From Escherichia phage JM17, in the sequence record PP400779: a stretch of DNA of 64,000 nucleotides; one strand, written 5' to 3'. A model generated the notes under the pieces. That model ran no database searches. It saw only the letters and a program-made list of their open reading frames with translations, and had not been told where the DNA came from. Position 1 is the first letter of the stretch. Every line of letters starts with the position of its first letter. Below, piece by piece: positions 58,792 to 64,000 of this stretch. The position numbers were made by a program, and so were the translations under genes.

Positions 58792-58989
58792 ATGACTACT
58801 GCAATTTGCACTGGTTCTAAAATTAGTGTTTTTACAAGTTTTGAAGATTATGAAGTTGTTTCAAAACACCAATGCCATATTAGCGTAAAAGCTAATGATG
58901 GTGTAATTTGGAATATTCCACACTATGAAGACACTACATATGAAGTCACAGATGCGAACGGTGATAAAGCGATCTTTGTGATTGATTAA
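58792..58989 (+). CDS. small hypothetical protein
   Basis: 65 aa. Confidence 0.4.
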   Translation: MTTAICTGSKISVFTSFEDYEVVSKHQCHISVKANDGVIWNIPHYEDTTYEVTDANGDKAIFVID

Positions 58990-59008
58990 ATATACTCAGG
59001 AGGTACCT

Positions 59009-59476
59009 ATGGGTATTATTAACACTGCAATAGATTCTGTTTATGCATATAAGTTTATTCGACTAATGCAAAAACCTTTTACCGAATGGAAAGCATACGA
59101 AGCCAAAATCATCGATGAACGTGGAAGTGTTCTTAAACGTCCTTCTACTCCAGAAGAGAAAGCGGCTTATACACCTTTTCATGCTTCAGTTCGTTCAATG
59201 AAGCGAATGATGAGCACTGTTCCAGGTCTTAATGGAATGGCCTCAATGATGTCTGCCTGGAGTGCTGTAGCTTCACGCTATAACATTACAGAAGAACAAC
59301 AGAAAGAAATATTTAAAGAACTCCCTTTATTTGAGGATATGGTTGCTGGTGATTCAGGTGGCAGCCCTCAAGCTATTGCATCAGGAACAACTACAGGTGC
59401 AGTCGTAAATAAAGGCCCCGAACAAATTCCTTCCAAGAAAAGAAAGCGAATTAAAGTAAATATTAATAAGTTGTGA
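59009..59476 (+). CDS. hypothetical protein
   Basis: ATG after AGGAGG. Confidence 0.4.
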   Translation: MGIINTAIDSVYAYKFIRLMQKPFTEWKAYEAKIIDERGSVLKRPSTPEEKAAYTPFHASVRSMKRMMSTVPGLNGMASMMSAWSAVASRYNITEEQQKEIFKELPLFEDMVAGDSGGSPQAIASGTTTGAVVNKGPEQIPSKKRKRIKVNINKL

Positions 59477-59515
59477 TAAGATGGCCTTATTAATTTAAGG
59501 CCTCTGGAGAATACT

Positions 59516-60538
59516 ATGGCTGAATGGATAGATAATGAATTTGCTTATCGTGCGTTTTCTCACCTACCTCGTTTTAGACAAATCAATAATTCAAGCACAT
59601 TTAAATTAACATTTCGATGTCCAGTTTGTGGCGACTCCCAGACAGATGCAATGAAAGCTCGCGGATGGTATTACGGTGGTACTCCTGGTAATGTACATTG
59701 CTATAACTGTCAATACCACAATACAATTTCCGGATACTTAAAAGAGTACGATGAAGAGCTTTATCGCGAATATCTAATGGAAGTTCGTAAAGAAAAAGCT
59801 AGAATGGAACCAAAGATTGAAAAGGTTCCTGAAGCTAAGCCGGAGCCAGAGAAAAAGACTATAAATTCTTTGCCGTCTTGTTCTCGTCTGGACAAGTTGC
59901 CTGAAGAGCATCCTATTGTGAAATATGTTAAGTCTCGGTGTATTCCTAAAGAATCATGGAACAGATTATGGTTCACATTAGAATGGCCCAAATTGGTCAA
60001 CAAGATTCAACCTGGTACGTATAAGAAAGAGATTCCCGAACCACGTTTAGTGATTCCTATTTTTAATAAAGACGGGAAGGCCGAGTCATTCCAAGGACGT
60101 GCACTTCGTAAAGATGCTCCTCAGAAATATATCACTATTAAAGCATTTGAGTCTGCAACAAAAATTTATGGTGTTGAACGTGTTAAGGAAGGAGACGTCT
60201 GGGTAATGGAAGGCCCTATTGATAGTTTATTCATACCCAATGCAATCGCTATTACAGGCGGCTCAATAGATTTAGATGTGGTACCATTTAAAGAACGTCG
60301 GGTATGGGTAATGGATAATGAACCTAGGCATCCGGATACTATAGCTCGCATGAAGCGATTAGTTGATGCAGGCGAACGTGTCATGTTCTGGGACCGAGCT
60401 CCATGGAGTTCAAAGGATGTGAATGATATGGTAATGAAAGAAAATGCAACACCACAAGAAATTTTAGAATATATGAAACAGAATATTTCAAGTGGGTTGC
60501 ATGCTAAAATGAGATTATCTCGTTATTCGAAGATTTAA
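59516..60538 (+). CDS. 61: DNA primase gp61
   Basis: 340 aa; zinc ribbon CPVCGDS...CYNC; TOPRIM-like WVMEGPID. Confidence 0.85.
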   Translation: MAEWIDNEFAYRAFSHLPRFRQINNSSTFKLTFRCPVCGDSQTDAMKARGWYYGGTPGNVHCYNCQYHNTISGYLKEYDEELYREYLMEVRKEKARMEPKIEKVPEAKPEPEKKTINSLPSCSRLDKLPEEHPIVKYVKSRCIPKESWNRLWFTLEWPKLVNKIQPGTYKKEIPEPRLVIPIFNKDGKAESFQGRALRKDAPQKYITIKAFESATKIYGVERVKEGDVWVMEGPIDSLFIPNAIAITGGSIDLDVVPFKERRVWVMDNEPRHPDTIARMKRLVDAGERVMFWDRAPWSSKDVNDMVMKENATPQEILEYMKQNISSGLHAKMRLSRYSKI

Positions 60539-60732
60539 ACCAGACCTATAATAGCAAAGGCCAAATCAACTACAGTATCCAATGGAACAGAAGGAACTAT
60601 AATACCATGGGCAACTAACAATGGTGCAATCCCGAAGTTCCATGAAATAATGCCACCTACAACTATTGCAGCGATAGCAGTTTTCTTTTTATTGCCTTTA
60701 ATAGCGTTGATTAACGATGGAAGTTTAAACAT
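60535..60732 (-). CDS. small membrane protein encoded on the opposite strand
   Basis: the only convincing minus-strand gene: strong RBS TAAGGAGATATT-ATG; two hydrophobic helices; AATAAATA late-promoter-like box upstream. Confidence 0.4.
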   Translation of the reverse strand: MFKLPSLINAIKGNKKKTAIAAIVVGGIISWNFGIAPLLVAHGIIVPSVPLDTVVDLAFAIIGLV

Positions 60733-60821
60733 AATATCTCCTTAGTTACCTTATTATTTATTACGCTTTATAAAATTAATGTTAGAATTAACTCTCTTAT
60801 ACTGAATTGAAAGGAAAAATA

Positions 60822-61343
60822 ATGGCACACTTTAACGAATGTTCACAACTTATTTCTGGTGTTGATAAAGCAGAAGAAGCTTATTTTAATGCTCTGATTC
60901 ACGAAGATAAAGACCCACTGCAGGTAATGCTTGATATGCAGAAATCTTTACAGGTTCGTCTGGCAAATGACAAGCCTGAACATAACAAACATCCTGATGA
61001 ATTGGCTACTGCTGGTGATGTTGTTGATTGGCTGCGTAATCAGAAAGATTATATTGATGATGAATTTCGTGAACTGCTGACTTCACTTGGCGGTATGAGC
61101 AATGGTGAAAAAGCTGCCAGCAGTGTATGGAAGCCGTGGAAGGCACAACACGCTGAATATCGAAATCGTCGTATCGATGAACTGTCTCCTGAAGACCAGC
61201 TTGAAATTAAATTTGAAATGATTGATATTCTGCATTTCGTTCTAAATATGTTCCAAGGTCTAGGACTTTCTGCTGAAGAAATCTTCAAACTGTATTATCT
61301 GAAAAACCAACACAACTTTGAACGTCAGGATAATGGTTACTGA
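60822..61343 (+). CDS. 56: dCTPase/dUTPase gp56 (MazG-like)
   Basis: MAHFNEC... matches T4 gp56 as recalled. Confidence 0.8.
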   Translation: MAHFNECSQLISGVDKAEEAYFNALIHEDKDPLQVMLDMQKSLQVRLANDKPEHNKHPDELATAGDVVDWLRNQKDYIDDEFRELLTSLGGMSNGEKAASSVWKPWKAQHAEYRNRRIDELSPEDQLEIKFEMIDILHFVLNMFQGLGLSAEEIFKLYYLKNQHNFERQDNGY

Positions 61344-61388
61344 TTAAGTTATAAATACACCTGTAATTAAACAACAAAGGAGTTAATT

Positions 61389-61625
61389 ATGGGTGGTTAT
61401 GTAAACATCAAAACCTTTACGCATCCTGCTGGTGAAGGTAAAGAAGTTAAAGGTATGGAAGTTTCTGTGCCGTTTGAGATTTATTCAAACGAACATCGGA
61501 TTGCAGATTCTCATTACCAAATCTTTCCATCAGAAAAGGCAGCTTATTCTACTGTAGTTTCTGATGCAGCTGACTGGAAAACTAAGAACGCTGCAATGTT
61601 TACCCCTACACCAGTAAGCGGTTAA
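61389..61625 (+). CDS. hypothetical protein
   Basis: 78 aa, followed by a terminator. Confidence 0.4.
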   Translation: MGGYVNIKTFTHPAGEGKEVKGMEVSVPFEIYSNEHRIADSHYQIFPSEKAAYSTVVSDAADWKTKNAAMFTPTPVSG

Positions 61626-61634
61626 ATAATTTAA

Positions 61635-61661
61635 GGAATCCTTCGGGATTCCTTTTTTTTT
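61635..61661 (+). terminator. rho-independent terminator
   Basis: GGAATCC-TTCG-GGATTCC followed by T9. Confidence 0.65.
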
Positions 61662-61728
61662 GTTTCTACAGTTTACAACCACTAAAAACTGTGTTAAGAT
61701 ATTTTTACTTACTCAAGAGGAGAACAAT

Positions 61729-61956
61729 ATGTTAAATCGTTGGATTAAACCTAATAACACATTAGGTGCTTTGATTGCTCAAGAAGTTTCGTTGAAATAC
61801 GGTCTTGGATATTACGATGATGTGGTCGTACACTCATTCATGATGGATGGTGAAGACGTCAAATTTAATGCCGAAATCCGTTGGGATGATGGTGGTGTTC
61901 GTTTTGTTCGAGGAACAATTAATGCTTACGATACTGAAGAAGTTGTTTGCTGTTAA
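61729..61956 (+). CDS. hypothetical protein
   Basis: ATG after AGAGGAGAA behind a GTTTAC promoter. Confidence 0.4.
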   Translation: MLNRWIKPNNTLGALIAQEVSLKYGLGYYDDVVVHSFMMDGEDVKFNAEIRWDDGGVRFVRGTINAYDTEEVVCC

Positions 61957-62333
61957 ACCAGGCGAAGGTATGATGCCTATTCCTGATACACACGAAAAAA
62001 GTTGGGAATATATCGGTGACGGAATGATGGAAGAAGTTGTTCGTCCTAAGTCTGCTTCAAGCTCTTCAAGTTATAATCATTCATACGTATCGTCTTGGCC
62101 TGGTGATTCTGGGTCAAGTTATTCTGATTGTGGTTCAAGCTCAGGGAGCTGCGAATGAACAGATTGGTAAGATGGTTTAAAAGCTGGGACGATGGTGTCG
62201 GTCCAGAAGATTGGCTGGATGTTCTTGAAGAGAATATGGCTAAAGAATTCCAGAAACACGAAGAAAAGCTCGTCGAAGATGAAGGCGAACGTATTGTAAA
62301 ACTTTATATGGGTGAACCATCGAGGAAATTATA

Positions 62334-62798
62334 ATGGATGCTATGTTATTTAAAATGTATTTGCTTGAAGCCAAGTCGTTTAAACATATACCAGTAGAAG
62401 ATAAGACTCCACTAGAAATAGCTATTCTCATTAACAAAAGTCTAAATAATCCGCAATATATCGTAGAAGAATTCTGCAAATTGCAGATTCCTAAAGGTTA
62501 CAAAATTCGTGTAGATCGAGTTGGAGCTATTACTCATTCTAAAAATTCTCCGTTTAGTCTTGAAGAAGGCATAAAGGACTTAGGTTATGAATCTACGGAA
62601 AATGCCGTTTATGTGAATCCTGAAAAGCGTTTAGACTTGTTTGAAAAGCGAGACCATAAGTATTTTGCCAAAAAATACTTTATTACATCATTAGCAGATT
62701 TAATCCATTTGCAACGAGCTATTTGGAAATTTTTTAAGACAAAAGGTGTAGCACTAGAAACATTCTCTGAACCTGCTAGTTTTTATTTAGGTGAATAA
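62334..62798 (+). CDS. hypothetical protein
   Basis: 154 aa. Confidence 0.4.
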   Translation: MDAMLFKMYLLEAKSFKHIPVEDKTPLEIAILINKSLNNPQYIVEEFCKLQIPKGYKIRVDRVGAITHSKNSPFSLEEGIKDLGYESTENAVYVNPEKRLDLFEKRDHKYFAKKYFITSLADLIHLQRAIWKFFKTKGVALETFSEPASFYLGE

Positions 62799-62799
62799 T

Positions 62800-62988
62800 A
62801 TGGACCTTATGAGTATGTTTGACGAGCCTGAAGTTGAGGCTCCTAAAGTGCATCGTAGTGAACTTGTTGATGAACTAGATAGTATTATACAGCGTCATGG
62901 CTTTAGTTTACCATTAGATGTCCTGAAAGACCTCGCCTCTTATTATGATGACCCTCCACCATGGAGTCCTTGGAGTCCTTGGAAATGA
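62800..62988 (+). CDS. small acidic protein ending PPPWSPWSPWK
   Basis: coding region contains tandem 9-bp repeat AGTCCTTGG x2. Confidence 0.35.
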   Translation: MDLMSMFDEPEVEAPKVHRSELVDELDSIIQRHGFSLPLDVLKDLASYYDDPPPWSPWSPWK

Positions 62989-63204
62989 AAGAGAAATTGA
63001 AAGAGAAATTCTTACTAGAAATCAAGGAAAAAGACTTTGAGACATGGTATCGAATGGTGAAAGGGTTGACATTGCTTTTTAAAACATCCTTATTCATGTT
63101 AGAACAACCTGGTCCTGATGGACCTTTAGTAGGAAAGCTTAAAAAGTAGTTTACATTCCCTCCTCTCGTGTTATGATAGGCTTATCTTTAAATGGAGGTC
63201 TATC

Positions 63205-63786
63205 ATGACATGTCAATCTGAACTTCAAGAACGTGAATACCTAACAAATCTGATTGATAGCAAATTCACCCGCCAAGAACAAAACATTCTCTGGGCTTGC
63301 ACCGATTCTAAGGAAGACCCGGATTTTCACTATGAATTAGACCATCTTGTTCGTAAGCATATGACTTCTACAGTACCAGTAGAACTCTACCGCGGTGTAA
63401 CTCCAGAAGAAGTAGAACGTCTTTCCCTTCTTTCTGTTGGATGCCATTGGTCTCCTGGACGAGTAACATCGTTCACAACTGATTTCAGTACAGCTCGTCA
63501 ATTCTCTGGGAGATGGGAATATCAGACGTACACTATTCTTAGTCTCAGGAATGCTCCATTCATTTTTGATTACTACCAAAACATGATTAACATTGTACTC
63601 GCCGGAAAGAACCCTAAGCATGTTATGGAAGAAACGCGTGTTGACGTCCTAGATATGATTGAATCTGAACAAGAGTACATGGTCTCAAGTATCTCTAGAT
63701 TTGAGATTGTGGAAATTGAAGAGTTAGAGTATGACCCTTTGTCTCGAGTATACAAAATCATTCATTTGAAAATGTTGAATTTTTAG
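63205..63786 (+). CDS. putative ADP-ribosyltransferase (ModA/ModB-like), first of two tandem paralogues
   Basis: 193 aa; R-S-E-type pattern ELYRG ... FSTAR ... EQEYM; N-terminus similar to the next ORF. Confidence 0.35.
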   Translation: MTCQSELQEREYLTNLIDSKFTRQEQNILWACTDSKEDPDFHYELDHLVRKHMTSTVPVELYRGVTPEEVERLSLLSVGCHWSPGRVTSFTTDFSTARQFSGRWEYQTYTILSLRNAPFIFDYYQNMINIVLAGKNPKHVMEETRVDVLDMIESEQEYMVSSISRFEIVEIEELEYDPLSRVYKIIHLKMLNF

Positions 63787-63841
63787 TGTACAAACTCTAC
63801 AGACGATGATACTATACCTTTATCAACCAGAGGAGAAACCA

Positions 63842-64000
63842 AAATGTTTATGCCGTATAACGAGTGTGAAATTGAAGAAATGGTTCGTCGTGCTCAAAAC
63901 CCTGAATATCAAGATGAATTGCAGTATGAAATTGATAGTCAATTCAGCGACATTGAACAAAGTGTCCTGTGGCAGTGTATGGAAAACAAGCCAGACTGTA
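63842..64000 (+). CDS. second ModA/ModB-like paralogue (3' end beyond the window)
   Basis: N-terminal QFSDIEQSVLWQCMENKPD parallels KFTRQEQNILWACTDSKED of the upstream ORF. Confidence 0.3.

Overview
This window reads as the early/replication region of a T4-like (Tevenvirinae) coliphage, almost entirely on the + strand. All calls rest on motif recognition and T4 gene order recalled from memory; no database search was run. The recognisable backbone is: gene 3-like, 1 (dNMP kinase), 57A, 57B, a tRNA locus, nudE, e (lysozyme), tk, nrdC, 49 (endonuclease VII), nrdD, nrdG, 55, 47, 46, rpbA-like, 45, 44, 62, regA, 43 (DNA polymerase, which from memory looks like the RB69-type enzyme), a 42-like dCMP hydroxymethylase, uvsX, 40, 41, 61, 56 and ModA/ModB-like genes. 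Between 2.2 and 27 kb lies a hyperplastic stretch of small ORFs, each behind a GTTTAC-type early promoter wrapped in a palindrome (PeSL-like cassette), including at least six internal-protein-like genes carrying the MKTYQEFIAE capsid-targeting leader. The most interesting feature is a compact cluster between genes 43 and uvsX (45.7-53.0 kb): a SIS sugar-phosphate isomerase, a fused sugar nucleotidyltransferase/kinase, a HAD phosphatase, a Cys-rich enzyme, a divergent gene-42-like hydroxymethylase, an unknown protein in the beta-gt slot and a P-loop kinase. No alpha-gt or beta-gt homologue is visible at the canonical positions. Together this looks like a self-contained NDP-pentose (arabinose-type) pathway for hypermodifying 5-hmC DNA. 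Other notable items are a host-like GrcA glycyl-radical module, a macro-domain protein, two nucleotidyltransferase-fold proteins, three GIY-YIG homing-endonuclease genes and a tandem small-protein family ending in GWVSSSxxC.
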